A DNA stretch of 63,006 bases, counting the filler, from Nemertoderma westbladi (taxonomy: Eukaryota > Animalia > Xenacoelomorpha): the NCBI GenBank assembly GCA_032718475.1. It is 4 parts of 4 records of this genome, joined end to end, with 100 filler letters (N's around TTAATTAATTAA, not from the genome) between each part and the next. Parts side by side here need not be neighbours in the genome. Positions count along the whole stretch, not along the records: positions 36,331 to 53,470 come from JAUCBJ010003229.1; 3 more parts are not named here. One strand, 5' to 3'. The position numbers were made by a program, and so were the translations under genes. The notes under the pieces were generated by a model, which did not search any database, had not been told where the DNA came from, and saw only the letters and a program-made list of their open reading frames with translations. Positions 38,182 to 52,187 of the stretch are shown here, one piece after another. Within the stretch, counting starts at the first letter, position 1. Every line of letters begins with the position of its first letter.

Positions 38182-39597
38182 CTACTTGAGGTCTTCTAAG
38201 TAAGGAGTGGTCATTAGGTTACCTACGGAGGCCATAGACTTGGGACCCGAGAGGACCCGGGAAGCAACCTTGGCGACAGTTTCTAGGGTAACCGCCTCGA
38301 CCAATCGCTCGACGTTGGCGAGGGATATGTGCATCCCGGTTGGGTAGACCATCCGCGCGAGGTAGTCGAGCATCCCTTCAGGGGTGGCCGCCGTCTCGTG
38401 TAGGTTCACTAGGAGGCGCTTCTTGGCGCGACGGAGATGCGCGTCGGTGAGCAACCCGCCGTCCCGTACGGCGGCCAGCGTCGCGTTAACCTCCGCGACG
38501 GCCTCGCCGGCTCGCGAGCAGTGCGCCGCGACAAGGACCCCGAAGAGTCCGGCGTCCGCGTAGCTGTGCGAGAAGGCGGAGAAACCCGCGGGCGTCGCGG
38601 CGAGTCCGACCCCGAGAACCGAGGAGGAATCCGCGCCCCAACGGCACTTGGGTCCGTCCGCGCCCAAGGCGTAGCGGAGTAACTCCAACGGGAGAACGTC
38701 GTCGCTTAACGCGGCGGCGCCCTCGTAGGTGAGGGCGCAGACGACCCAGTCGTCGGGGGTGGCGAGACGCTCCTGGCCGGGGCGGAACCGCGACGGAGTG
38801 CTAGCTACCCCGCTGCTGTCCTGCGCGATCCCGTCTCCTAGCAGCACGGAAGCGAAACCGTTGAGCTCGTAATGCGAGACGCCGTAACCAATGAGAGCGA
38901 TCGATTCCGCTTTAGTTACGGCGTCGTGATACTCGCGAAGTCGCGTCGGGTTGTTGATCAATGGGAGGTTATCCGGGGAGGCGTAGATAGAGTTAGCGAG
39001 CCCCCCGGTGAAGGAGGCACGGTGCAGCAACTCGGTGACCAACGCGGCGGGGTTGCTACGCAACCACGCGGAGTCGTAGCGAACCGCTTCGGCGATCCAG
39101 GGCTCGACCTCGTGCCAATCGAGCCGCGGGTTAATGGCCGCCTCGGCCACGTACTGTACGGCGAGATCGGCTCGGTCGCGCTCGCAAACCGCGGTGTAGA
39201 CGAGATGGTCCCGCGTGCCGGAGACCTGCAGGTCGATGCCGTAGTAGTTGGACTCCTTTATTAGCGTTACGGAGGGGAACTTCTCGGTTGAGGTGTGGCC
39301 GCACGCTCGCAGCGCGTGGCTGATGCCCTCGAGTCCCGGAGGTTCGTACCGGGATCCGCCCGTTACCACGACACCGACTCGTGCGTACAGACTACCGGGG
39401 TCACAGGACACCACAGAGACCCCGTTGGGTAGTTTGCTCAGAGTAACATCCTCCTTCTGTGTCGCATCTCGCACGCTCAGGGATTGCTGCTCCTTTAGTT
39501 TGCTCGACAGACTTCCGGAACGGACCAGCGCTGACTCGGACTGATGTCGCGCGACGAAGTGCCGAGAACGGATCTGGCTTGATACTTTCGCCAACAT
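38182..39597 (-). CDS. UQCRC2: Cytochrome b-c1 complex subunit 2 (core protein 2, inactive M16 family), mitochondrial precursor; intronless
   Basis: Arg/Ser-rich presequence; SKLPNGVSV..GGSRYE..GISHALR (no HxxEH); LHRASF.GGLANS; FSHSYADAGLFGV; C-terminal SMASVGNLMTTPYLEDL. Confidence 0.92.
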   Translation of the reverse strand: MLAKVSSQIRSRHFVARHQSESALVRSGSLSSKLKEQQSLSVRDATQKEDVTLSKLPNGVSVVSCDPGSLYARVGVVVTGGSRYEPPGLEGISHALRACGHTSTEKFPSVTLIKESNYYGIDLQVSGTRDHLVYTAVCERDRADLAVQYVAEAAINPRLDWHEVEPWIAEAVRYDSAWLRSNPAALVTELLHRASFTGGLANSIYASPDNLPLINNPTRLREYHDAVTKAESIALIGYGVSHYELNGFASVLLGDGIAQDSSGVASTPSRFRPGQERLATPDDWVVCALTYEGAAALSDDVLPLELLRYALGADGPKCRWGADSSSVLGVGLAATPAGFSAFSHSYADAGLFGVLVAAHCSRAGEAVAEVNATLAAVRDGGLLTDAHLRRAKKRLLVNLHETAATPEGMLDYLARMVYPTGMHISLANVERLVEAVTLETVAKVASRVLSGPKSMASVGNLMTTPYLEDLK

Positions 39598-41283
39598 TAT
39601 TGATAGAGCATAGAGCAGTAGAGGTAATATAAAAACAGAAAAATAATAAGCCTAGTGCTGTATTGAGATGTAGAGCAGAGAATGGGGGTCAGACTCAGAA
39701 TATTATATCGCTGTACACTGTATCGTATCCGTGAAGGTACTGCTGTACTGGAACAGGGACAGGGTGTACTGCCTGATAAGGTGAACATACAGACATAATA
39801 AAGTAGGCCTATACACATAAACAAACATCAGATATTGGCGCAAAGTGAACTCCTTTTAAAACATTGATGTTCAGCGCAAATTGGTCGCAAGTGCAATAAA
39901 GATTCGTTTATTGTTTTGGTTAGAAAACACAAAACACTACCACCAGTATAACCTGATCCTTTCCCTTACGTCCTATGTCAGTATGTACGGTGTCTAATTC
40001 AGGACAATTTAGTTTCTATTTTTATTGGTGATAAAAAGTTTCAAACTAAAGTACAAAATAGAAAAAGTTTCATCAAACTAAAGTTGGAAATAGAAAAAGT
40101 TTCACACTAAATAAGTAGGATATAATAATAGACAAGATAAAGGACAAGGTAACGAACGATGGTATCTGGTATGAGTTACCGGTATCGATGTTGTAATTTG
40201 ATTTGAAATGCAGCAACAACATGCAGCCACATAAGTTTGCAACTTTTATTTCTTTAATTTGAAACTTTTATACATCCTACTTTAATTTGGGCATTAGGCC
40301 CCCCTCACAAGGAGCAACAACTTGTTTCTGAAACTTGTTGGTGGACCCCCTCACACACAGAAACTTGTTGCTGCAACTTGTTTCCGCAATTTATTTCTGT
40401 GCGTGAGGGAGTCCAGCAACAAGTTGCTGGAAGTTATATTGCCATAGCAACTTTTGGAAAAACCTTTATTACATTCCATTTTGATACTAGCTAATATTAG
40501 ATAATTTGAGTTATGTGATATTATATATAAATGACTGGACATGTTAGCTATTTATTTAGAAATAATTGTTATTTTCTTCAGTAACCAGCTGATACTATAA
40601 TATTATTCTTATTATTTTTTATTTATTCTACCCTGTTTATTTATTAGCCTACATTTATTATTTTTACTGACCTTTGGCGGATCGGATAATTTCCTATAAT
40701 GCTACAGTATCAGATATTACAGTAGGCATAAGTCTCCTTCTACTCAATCAAACAATACGTAACACAGTACAGTACCGGTACAGCAGTAGGCCTACTTCAG
40801 AACAAGTCGCTTGCACAAAAATAAATAAATAAACTAAATTCCAGAAACAGAAGATGCCATGGCAACAAATACAAATAAACTCTACTCATCCGGAACACAC
40901 TGTCGTGTGGATGTATAACAAATACTGTAACTGAATAAGTATAATACATTCGTTTGCAATATAAAAAAGCTGCATTATAAATAATATGTTGATACACTAA
41001 TTCAATATGGTAGTTTTGCGTGTAGTGGTAACATATTCTATTGGGATTATGTACATAAAAATAATTGAAAACTCAAAATTTATAAAGAAAATGACAACAG
41101 AATATACCGTAACAATATGCTCTGAAATTTGTTTTAGTTTTAATTTCAACTTCGAACAAAAACAGAATGCAGCAATGCAGGCCCGTATGGTGATCATATT
41201 AGCTGGGGGGGCAGAGGCCAAATCTGGGGGGGCAAACCCATAACTGGGATTTGGGGAGCATACAACAAAGTGAGAGTTAATTT

Positions 41284-44200
41284 CAATAGTATCTACATCA
41301 TTGTCCAGAATAGGGTGTTTCCCTTCACTTCTATGGGGCTTTCTATTATTCCTACCTGTCCCAAATACGTTGTCTAATGATTTCCAACCTGTCCAATATA
41401 GGGGCATCCAATCAAATCATCATATGAGCCAACTCCTCTTCATCGGACCAATACCAACATTCCTAAAGTTAGGCATCCTCCTTATTGGCTATATAATGTA
41501 AAGGTTAATGGAAAATTCCACTGATATATAATCCAAGGTGTCAACTACGAATCCAGGGCTCATTATAACAACCTATACTGGACAGAGCAACGTATTTGGG
41601 ACAAGAGCTGGTTGAGGTATATGTACAGTGGAAATTCCCATTCTAAATAAGGGCATTTGGAATACTTGTTCCCTAGTTATGGTTAAAGATATACTGTGGG
41701 TGCCTTGCAAATGGCCTGTAAGACTGTGATGCATTATAGGCTATAGTTATTTAATTTCATGTTGTACAATTTATTCATATTGTGCAATTTATCATGTTGT
41801 GCAATTTATTCATTATGCAATTTATTCATTGTGCAATTTATTCATGTGGTGCAATTTATTCACTTATAATAAATCTAAATACATTCGTATATTAATAATT
41901 AAATGACAATCAAATTAGAGATATCGCAACCTCCTCCCCCGGACTCAACTTCATCCCAAATAGTCCTTAATAAGTCTTAAATTTGAATGAAATAGGTTGT
42001 TAGTGTCCCATATAGGGTGTTTGTGTCCCATATAGGTTGATTTTGTCCAAAATAGCCTGTAGCTTTATCAAAATTATTTCAAATAGTTTATAAATGTAAA
42101 GGAATACTGAAAAGAATATTGACTTCATAATCATAGCTTTAATTCCAATTTGTCCCAAATTGGTTGTTTATGTCCCATATAGGGTGTTTGTGTCCCACAC
42201 AGGGTGTTTTTATACCAAATAGCATGTAACTTTCTCAAAATGATTTTACATAGTTTATAAATATGATGGAAATACTCAAAAGAAAATAGAATCCACTATC
42301 ATACATAGCTTTAATTTAAATTTGTCCCAAATAGGTTGTTTGTGTCCCATATAGGGTGTTTGTGTCCCAAATTGCGTGTGACTTTCTCAAAATGATTTTA
42401 CATAGTTTATAAATGTAATGGAATACTCAAAAGAATATAGAATTCACTATCATAGCTTTAATTTAAATTTGTCCCAAATAGGTTGTTTATGTCCCATATA
42501 GGGTGTTTGTGTCCCATATATGGTGTTTTTGTCCCAAATTGCGTGTGACTTTCTCAAAATGATTTTACATAGTTTATAAATGTAATGGAATACTCAAAAG
42601 AATATAGAATTCACTATCATAGCTTTAATTTAAATTTGTCCCAAATAGGTTGTTTATGTCCCATATAGGGTGTTTGTGTCCCATATATGGTGTTTGTGTC
42701 CCAAATTGCGTGTGACTTTCTCAAAATGATTTTACATAGTTTATAAATATAATGGAATACTCAAAAGAAAATAGAATTCACTACCATAGCTTTAATTTCA
42801 ATTTGTCCCAAATAGGTTGTTTTTGTCCCATATAGGGTGTTTATGTCCCGTATAGGGTGTGTTTTGCTTATAATGATTTCCAATAGTTTCTAAATGTAGG
42901 GGAATACTCAAAAGAATAGCGAATTCACTACCATAGCTTTAATTTCAATTTGTCCCAAATAGGTTGTTTTTGGCCCACATAGGGTGTTTATGTCCCGTAT
43001 AAGGTGTTTGTGTCCCAAATAGCGTGTGACTTTCTCAAAATGATTTTAAATAGTTTCTCAATCTCATGGAATCCTCAAAAGAATATAGAATTCACTACCA
43101 TAGATTTAATTTCAATTTGTCCCAAATAGGTTGTTTTTGTCCCATATAGGGTGTTTGTGTCCCGTATAGGGTGTGTATTGCTTATAATGATTTCAAATAG
43201 TTTCTAAATATAGGGGAATACTCAAAAGAATATAGAATTCACTACCATTGCTTCAATTTCAATTTGTCCCGAATAGATTGTTCATGTCCCATATAGGGTG
43301 TTTGTGTCCCATATAGGGTGTTTGTGTCCCAAATTGCGTGTGACTTTCGCAAAATGACTTTACATATTTTATAAATATAATGGGATACTCAAAAGAAAAT
43401 AGAATTCACTATCATATCTTTAATTTAAATTTGTCCCAAATAGGTTGTTTTTGTCCCATATAGGGTGTTTGTGTGCCAAATAGCGTGTGACTTTCTCAAA
43501 AGGATTTTACATAGTTTATAAATATAATGGAATACTTAAAAGAAAATATAATTCACTATCATTTTTTCTTTAATTTAAATTTGTCCCAAATAGGTTGTTT
43601 GTGTCCTGTATAGGATGTTTCTGTCCTGAATAGGGGAATACAGATTGCCAACACATTGTTGCTGAATAGGGTGTACATTTCTTATAATGATTTTAAATAG
43701 TTTCTAAATGTAATGGAATACTCAAAAGAATATAGAATTCACTATCAGAGCGTTAATTTAAATTTGTTCCAAATATGTTGTTTGTGTCCCAAATTAGGTG
43801 TTTGTGTCCCATATAGGGTGTTTTTGTCCATATAGCGTGTGACTTTCTCAAAATGATTTTAAATAGTTTCTAAATCTCATGGAATCATCAAAAGATTATA
43901 GAATTCACTACAATAGCTTTAATTTCAATTTGTCCCAAATAGGTTGTTTTTGTCCCATATAGGGTGTTTGTGTCCGTATAGGGTGTGTTGCTTATAATGA
44001 TTTCCAATAGTTTCTAAATGTAGGGGAATACTCAAAAGAATAGCGAATTCACTACCATAGCTTTAATTTCAATTTGTCCCAAATAGGTTGTTTTTGGCCC
44101 ATATAGGGTGTTTGTGTCCCGTATAGGGTGTTTGTGTCCCAAATTGCGTGTGACTTTCTCAAAATGATTTTACATAGTTTATAAATATAATGGAATACTC

Positions 44201-47200
44201 AAAAGAAAATAGAATTCACTATCATAGCTTTAATTTCAATTTGTCCCAAATAGGTTGTTTTTGTCCCATATAGGGTGTTTGTGTGCCAAATAGCGTGTGA
44301 CTTTCTCAAAATGATTTCATATAGTTTATAAATATAATGGAATACTTAAAAGAAAATATAATTCACTATCATTTTTTCTTTAATTTAAATTTGCCCCAAA
44401 TAGGTTGTTTGTGTCCTGTATAGGGTGTTTCTGTCCTGAATAGGGGAATAGCTTGCCAAACACATTGTTGCTGAATAGGGTGTACATTTCTTATAATGAT
44501 TTTAAATAGTTTCTAAATGTAATGGAATACTCAAAAGAAAGTATAATTCACTATCATAGCTTTTATTTAAATTTGTCACAAATAGGTTGTTTATGTCCCA
44601 TATAGGGTGTTTGAGTCCCAAATGGCGTGTGACTTTCGCAAAATGATTTTACATAGTTTATAAAGAAAAAATATTTTTTTTATTATTCCATTATATTTAT
44701 AAACTATGTAAAATCATTTTGAGAAAGTCATACGCTATTTGGGACACAAACACCCTATATGGGACACAAACACCCTATATGGGACATAAACAACCTATTT
44801 GGGACAAATTTAAATTAAAGCTATGATACTGAATTATATTTTCTTTTGAGTATTCCATTATATTTATAAACTATGTAAAATCATTTTGAGAAAGTCACAC
44901 GCTATTTGGGACACAAACACGACACCCTATATGGGACACAAACACCCTATATGGGACATAAACAACCTATTTGGGACAAATTTAAATTAAAGCTATGATA
45001 CTGAATTATATTTTCTTTTGAGTATTCCATTATATTTATAAACTATGTAAAATCATTTTGAGAAAGTCACACGCTATTTGGGACACAAACACGACACCCT
45101 ATATGGGACACAAACACCCTATATGGGACATAAACAACCTATTTGGGACAAATTTAAATTAAAGCTATGATAGTGAATTCTATATTCTTTTGAGTATCCA
45201 TTACATTTCGAAATTATTTGGAATCATTATAAGCACTTTACACCCTATACCGGACACAAACACCCTATATGGGACACAAACAACCTATTTGGGACAAATT
45301 TAAATTAAAGCTATGATAGTGGATTCTATATTCTTTTGAGTATTCCACTAAATTTCGAAACTATTTGAAATCTATTATAAGCACTTCACACCCTTTACGG
45401 GACACAAACACCCTATATGGGACAAAAACAAACTATTTGGGACAAATTGAAATTAAAGCTATGGTAGTGAATTATATATTCTTTTGAGTATTCCATGAGA
45501 TTTAGAAACGAATTAAAATCACTTTGAGAAAGTAACACGCTATTTGGGACACAAACACCCTATATGGGACACAAACAACCTATTTGGGACAAATTTAAAT
45601 TAAAGCTATGATAGTGGATTCTATATTCTTTTAGAGTATTCCATTACATTTCGAAACTATTTGGAATCATTATAAGCACTTCACACCCTATACCGGACAT
45701 AAACACCCTATATGGGACACAAACAACCTATTTGGGACAAATTTAAATTAAAGCTATGATAGTGGATTCTATTTTCTTTTGAGTATTTCCATTATATTTA
45801 TAAACTATGTAAAATAATTTTGAGAAAGTCATACGCTATGTGGCACGCAAACACCCTATATGGGACAAAAACAACCTATTTGGGACAAATTTAAATTAAA
45901 GCTATGATACTGAATTATATTTTCGTTTGTTTATTCCATTATATTTATAAACTATGTAAAATCATTTTGCGAAAGTCACACGCTATTTGGGACACAAACA
46001 CCCTATATGGGACACAAACACCCTATATGGGACATAAACAACCTATTTGGGACGAATTTTAATTAAAGCTATGATAGTGGATTCTATTTTCTTTTGAGTA
46101 TTTCCATTATATTTATAAACTATGTAAAATAATTTTGAGAAAGTCATACGCTATTTGGCACACAAACACCCTATATGGGACAAAAACAACCTATTTGGGA
46201 CAAATTAAATTAAAGCTATGATAGTGGATTCTATTTTCTTTTGAGTATTCCATTACATTTCGAAAATATTTGAAATCATTATAAGCAATTCACACCCTTT
46301 ACGGGACACAAACACCCTATATGGGACACAAACAACCTATTTGGGACAAATTTAAATTAAAGCTATGATAGTGGATTCTATTTTCTTTTGAGTATTTCCA
46401 TTATATTTATAAACTATGTAAAATCATTTTGAGAAAGTCATACGCTATTTGGCACAAAAACACCCTATATGGGACAAAAACAACCTATTTGGGACAAATT
46501 TAAATTATAGCTATGATACTGAATTATATTTTCTTTTGAGTATTCCATTATATTTATAAACTATGTAAAATCATTTTGAGAAAGTCACACTCTATTTGGG
46601 ACTCAAACACCCTATATGGGACACAAACACCCTATATGGGACATAAACAACCTATTTGGGACAAATTTAAATTAAAGCTATGATAGTGAATTCTATATTC
46701 TTTTGAGTATTCCATTACATTTAGAAAATATTTGAAATCATTATACGCAATTCACACCCTATACGGGACACAAACACCCTATATGGGACAAAAGCAACCT
46801 ATTTGGGACAAATTGAAATTAAAGCTATGGTATTAAATTATATATTCTTTTGAGTATTCCATGAGATTTAGAAACTATTTAAAATCATTTGGAGAAAGTG
46901 ACACGCTATTTGGGACACAAACACCCTATATGGGACACAAACACCCTATATGGGACACAAACAACCTATTTGGGACAAATTTAAATTAAAGCTATGATAG
47001 TGAATTCTATATTCTTTTGGGTATTCCATTACATTTCGAAACTATTTGAAATCATTATAAGCACTTCACACCCTATACCGGACACAAACACCCTATATGG
47101 GACATAAACAACCTATTTGAGACAAATTTAAATTAAAGCTATGATAGTGGATTCTATTTTCTTTTGAGTATTTCCATTATATTTATAAACTACGTAAAAT

Positions 47201-48160
47201 CATTTTGAGAAAGTCATACGCTATTTGGGACACAAACACCCTATATGGGACACAAACACCCTATATGGGACACAAACACCCTATATGGGACACAAACAAC
47301 CTATTTGGGACAAATTTAAATGAAAGCTATGATAGTGAATTCTATATTCTTTTGGGTATTCCATTACATTTCGAAACTATTCGAAATCCTTATAAGCACT
47401 TCACACCCTATACGGGACACAAACACCCTATATGGGACACAAACAACATATTTGAGTCAAATTTAAGACTTATTAAGGACTATTTGGGATGAAGTTGAGT
47501 CTAGGGGAGGAGGTTGCGATATCACTAATTTGATTGTCATTTAATTATTATTATACGAATGTATTTAGATTTATTATATGTGAATAAATTGCACCACATT
47601 AATAAATTGCACAATGAATAAATTTGCACAACATGAATAAATTGCACAATATGAATAAATTGCACAACATGAAATGAAATAACGTGACTATGGTGACACT
47701 ATAGCCTATAATGCATCACAGTCTTACAGGCCATTTGCAAGGCACCCACAGTATATCTTTAACCATAACTAGGGAACATGTATTCCAAATGCCCTTATTT
47801 AGAATGGGAATTTCCACTGTAAATATACCTCAACCAGCTCTTGTCCCAAATACGTTGCTCTGTCCAGTATAGGTTGTTATAATGAGCCCCGGATTCGTAG
47901 CTGACACTTGGATTATATATCAGTGGAATTTTCCATTAACCTTTACATTATATAGCCAATAAGGGAGATGCCTAACTTTAGGAATGTTGGTATTGGTTCG
48001 ATGACGAGGAGTTGGCTCATATGATGATTTCATTGGATGCCCCTATATTGGACAGGTTGGAAATCATTGCACAACGTATTTGGGACAGGTAGGAATAATA
48101 GAAAGCCCCATAGAAGTGAAGGGAAACACCCTATTCTGGACAATGATGTAGACACTACTC
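41284..48160. mobile_element. 6.9-kb foldback element: ~700-bp inverted arms plus opposed internal satellite arrays
   Basis: 41284-41980 mirrors 47460-48160; internal ~120-140-bp units built from TGTCCCATATAGGGTGTT subrepeats switch orientation near 44670; 8-bp direct repeat GTTAATTT (41276-41283, 48161-48168). Confidence 0.9.
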
Positions 48161-48729
48161 GTTAATTTAGTACATAAAGTATAATCAATATTGTTGAAAG
48201 GTGTGTGGGGCGAGCCACGAAGTTGGCGGAGCCTTGGTGAATTGACACTGTTAAGGAGAATGTCAATAATGGCAAATAGTTGTTGACGTAACTATTTTGA
48301 CATTCAAATAAGGCAGAATTTATTTAAAGCTGTCGAATTGAAAATTTTGTAGGCATAAATATGTCCAAAATTGACATTATTTAGCGACTTTTGACCCCAA
48401 CAGTTCAACAGTCTCCCGCTAGATGGCTACATGTCTAAACTTTAAATGTCCTCCCATTTCTTTGCTTTTAATCAGTTTAAGCTGAAACTTGGCAGAATTG
48501 TACTCGACCATTAGCTGTGTCATTTAAACTTGGTTTCTGTGGTCTTAACCCTTCGTTTCTCAAATAGATGATTCCTTTGAGGGCAATTTTGACCTCAGGT
48601 AAATGAGAGGGTTGGGGTGGTTCAAAAAAACTTTTTGTCGAATTTAAACTGAGTTTGTACATCTGATGTCATCAAATGAGCCCAAACTTCGATAGATACC
48701 AAAATTTTGATTTGGGGATGACAGGGATA

Positions 48730-49720
48730 CCTGAAGTGTGTCCTTCGCGCAGCACGTGACATAACTTATGTAAGTGTAATCTTGAAAGAAAAATAAGCAA
48801 AATCTAAGCGGATGCCCTTGATCACTTTACACCAGCCTAGAGGCAGGCTTGAAAACTGCAGTCGATTTAACCCTTGTGCTCTCTTTGAGGTCATTTTTGA
48901 CCCATCGAAGATTTAAACTTATACAATTTTATCACACATTGATATTTTATCTCGAAATTATGTGACAATTACAGATAATGTGAAGTCCGGCACAAGTCAA
49001 AATTAGCGCCTTGATGCGATATTGACAAATACCTGACAAATATCTCAAAAACTATTCGCTTTATGCTTGTTTTGAAGGTGTCTACAACAACTAAATCGGT
49101 CATTGCGGTTCTAAATGGGGATAATATCAATGCAGTAGGAATACTAGAAGTTGATCATCACAAAATGGGGAATATGACTCACTTGTGCCAAGGGCAGGAA
49201 CTGGCCATGTGCATTTGGGAATATTTACTGTCATCCCCAAATCAAAATTTAGGTATCTATCTAAGTTTGGGCCCATTTGATGACATCTGATTTGCGAACC
49301 TAGTTGAAATCAAAAAAAGTTTTTCGTTGATATTGAATGGTACAGGTACAAAACACGATGAGGTGAAATTTGACCTCAAAGTCAATATGTGTAGGCCCCT
49401 ATAAATTGTAAAATTGAATAGACCCCCTTGCAAATTTTTACATTATTGTTTTTCTAATTGAGAAGTACTATAAAATATTAAATGTCACAAATTTCGAGAT
49501 AAAATATCAATGTGTGATAAAATTGTGTAAGTTTAAATCTTCGATGGGTCAAAAATGACCCCAAAGAGAGCACAAGGGTTAAATGGACTGCAGTTTTCAA
49601 ACCTGCCTCTAGGCTGGTGTAAAGTGATCAAGGGCATCCGCTTAGATTTTGCATATTTTTCTTTCTAGATTACACTTACATAAGTTTATGTCACGTGCTG
49701 CGCGAAGGACCCACTACAGG
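48730..49720. mobile_element. MITE with ~240-bp TIRs flanked by TA
   Basis: TA|CCTGAAGTGTGTCCTTCGCGCAGCACGTGAC ... GTCACGTGCTGCGCGAAGGACCCACTACAGG|TA. Confidence 0.8.
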
Positions 49721-51711
49721 TATAATATGGTTAAGGTTAAGTTACAACAAATTATAGCTATGGATACCAGCGCAAGCAACCCTCAGCGCCAAGCCTTTTA
49801 GCTGCAAGCTGGCTCCCAAACTACAAGCAAGTAAACAATGGGTCAACAACAAACAACCCCTACACTCTGGTAGCCAATGAGAGAACCTAGCGCTTTCGAG
49901 TATTTTTAGTAATTATTACAGGTAGGTAGGTATATTATTGTCATGTAGTATTATAGGAATTGGACCAAATGGAATGGTGGGGAGTCAGGTCAGGTCAGTG
50001 GGCAGGAGTATGTGAATCCAATAATATTGATTACCAACAATATTATTATTAATTAATAGTGAACAAGACGAGTGAACAATACATGTCTGGGGGGGCAGTG
50101 GGACTTCTCAGGGGGGGCAGTGCCCCCAAAGCCCCCCCGCACGATACGGGCCTGCAGCAATGGAAGCTGCTGACCCAGTAATTAAGTCAACTAAATAATA
50201 ATATATACATCACAAAAATAATATAAATTGCTGCAACAAAAAAAGTTATGTGGAGCTTTCAAAGCGGCTTCATCGAATTATTTCAGCAGAAAATAAATAT
50301 TTTGTTCAACCCGCCCACCCGCCGTTGAAATATTTATAATCTAAAATATATTTTGCTTTTGGGTTTTGACAGTCGCCAATCCTCTTCGAGGATTGGCGAA
50401 AATTGGCTGTTCAAAAATTTTTATTGATGTTTGTAGATGTGCTCATTGTTATTTTGGAATTGCCTATCACAATAACTGTAGAGACATGGAATAACCATTT
50501 TGCAGTACTGTAAGGTAAAGTTAATACAGTATTATAGTATGTGGCAACAAACAGATAACTATTTTGACATCACACGATGGTAAATTTAGCTATGGATCTT
50601 GTTCAGAGATAGACTCATGCTTGTGGTTTCTATGCATTCACACCTCCGTTGCTAAGGCTTCTAGCGGGCCATAAAAATATTTTGCCAACAAATATTGTTT
50701 GAAATTACATATTTTCAACTAATATCAATCAACTGCTTTCTCGTTGCTATGGTTGATACCTAGTTGCTATGGAAACGAACCCCTGTTGTTACGGTGTGGT
50801 TGTCAAATATATAATGTACTTGTGTAATCAAAAAAAGGTAAACATACAAATTTTCACCAATAACCAACTAATCGTTCATTCGTTGCTATGCAATAGACTT
50901 GTTGCTATGGAAAATGACTACAGACTATTGCCAACTTTTGTCAATCTATCACCTATATTGCATAGTAAGCATGACATAAACATTTTCTACCGATTTCATT
51001 TAACTGCGATATGGTTGCTATGGACTATACCTTGTTGCTATGGTAAAGACCCCCTGTTGCTATGGTGTGGTCCCTAAGTATATCATATAATTATAATAAT
51101 CAATGTAGGTCTATATACAAATTTTCAACAAAAAGTAACCAACCCTTCGTCCGTTGCCACTGTATGTACAGGAATACGCATCTGTTGCCATGGAAACTGA
51201 CTTCAGAGTCTGGCTAACTTCGCACATGTGTCTGTCTACCAACTACCCAGGCATACTGTAATCTTTCAACCGACATACAATGAGACAACGCATTGACATT
51301 TTGGATGCAGGTTATATTTGTTTTAACAAAGATTTTGTAATAATTTTATAGCAACCTTGCTAAATAAGCTTGAGGCGTTGCCATTGGCAACATGTCACAC
51401 TTACTTTGGGACCCTAGAAAAATTTTCCGCGTCTAAAACGGTCTATTTACTGTGGAAACAAAACCATTTACAACCGCGGTGAGGAATGCTTATTATAAGT
51501 TTGAAGTACTTCTATTCATACAATAACTGCCATGGCAACAGAGATATACAACGCAAAATTATAATACTCAAATATTATGAAAAATAGCTAAAATGTGGAA
51601 TTTTTTCAGGAAATCCTTAATAACTCGAGTCAATGTTAATGAAATTCGGAGATATTTAATGCATTCGAAAGCTAAGAGTATTATCTATCTTTATATGTAA
51701 AGAACTCGTCT

Positions 51712-52187
51712 ATGACTATTATCGTGAAGGTTTTTGTTCTAGAACAAAATTTAACCTTCTGTCAGTAAGAAGGTACTGTAGCTATTATTTTTCATTTTTT
51801 ACTAGCTAGTACTATTTACTACTGTAGCTATTAAAATAATTAATTTTGGAAATTTTTTTTTAATTTTTTAAACATTTTTAAACTTATAGTTATATCCCTA
51901 GAATTTTTACTGAGTCGTGATGCCGCTACCTAGCTAGTAATTTTTACTAGCTAGTGCTTTTTTAAATATTTTTTTGTTAATTTAATTTAAACGTTTATTA
52001 TCTATCTATAATAATGTTAATTAGGCCTAATACAAGGAAAGGACCTAAAATATAATTAAAGTGTTCTAAACAGTGAAAAAACACACTTCTAAAAACACTA
52101 GCTACCATACAAAAAAAATACTCACATCTTATTGTCAGAAGGACAAGTTTTTGTTCTAGAAGATAAAACTTCACGATAATAGTCATT
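51712..52187. repeat. Inverted-repeat (MITE-like) segment
   Basis: ATGACTATTATCGTGAAG at 51712 mirrored by CTTCACGATAATAGTCAT ending at 52187. Confidence 0.5.

Larger units (their letters stand above)
41178..50154. mobile_element. hAT-like non-autonomous element expanded by nested insertions
   Basis: TIR CAGGCCCGTAT/ATACGGGCCTG with 8-bp direct repeat CAGCAATG (41170-41177, 50155-50162). Confidence 0.8.

Noticed and set aside
38437-39544. Plus-strand ORFs overlapping UQCRC2
   Set aside because: Antisense shadows of a GC-rich coding sequence.
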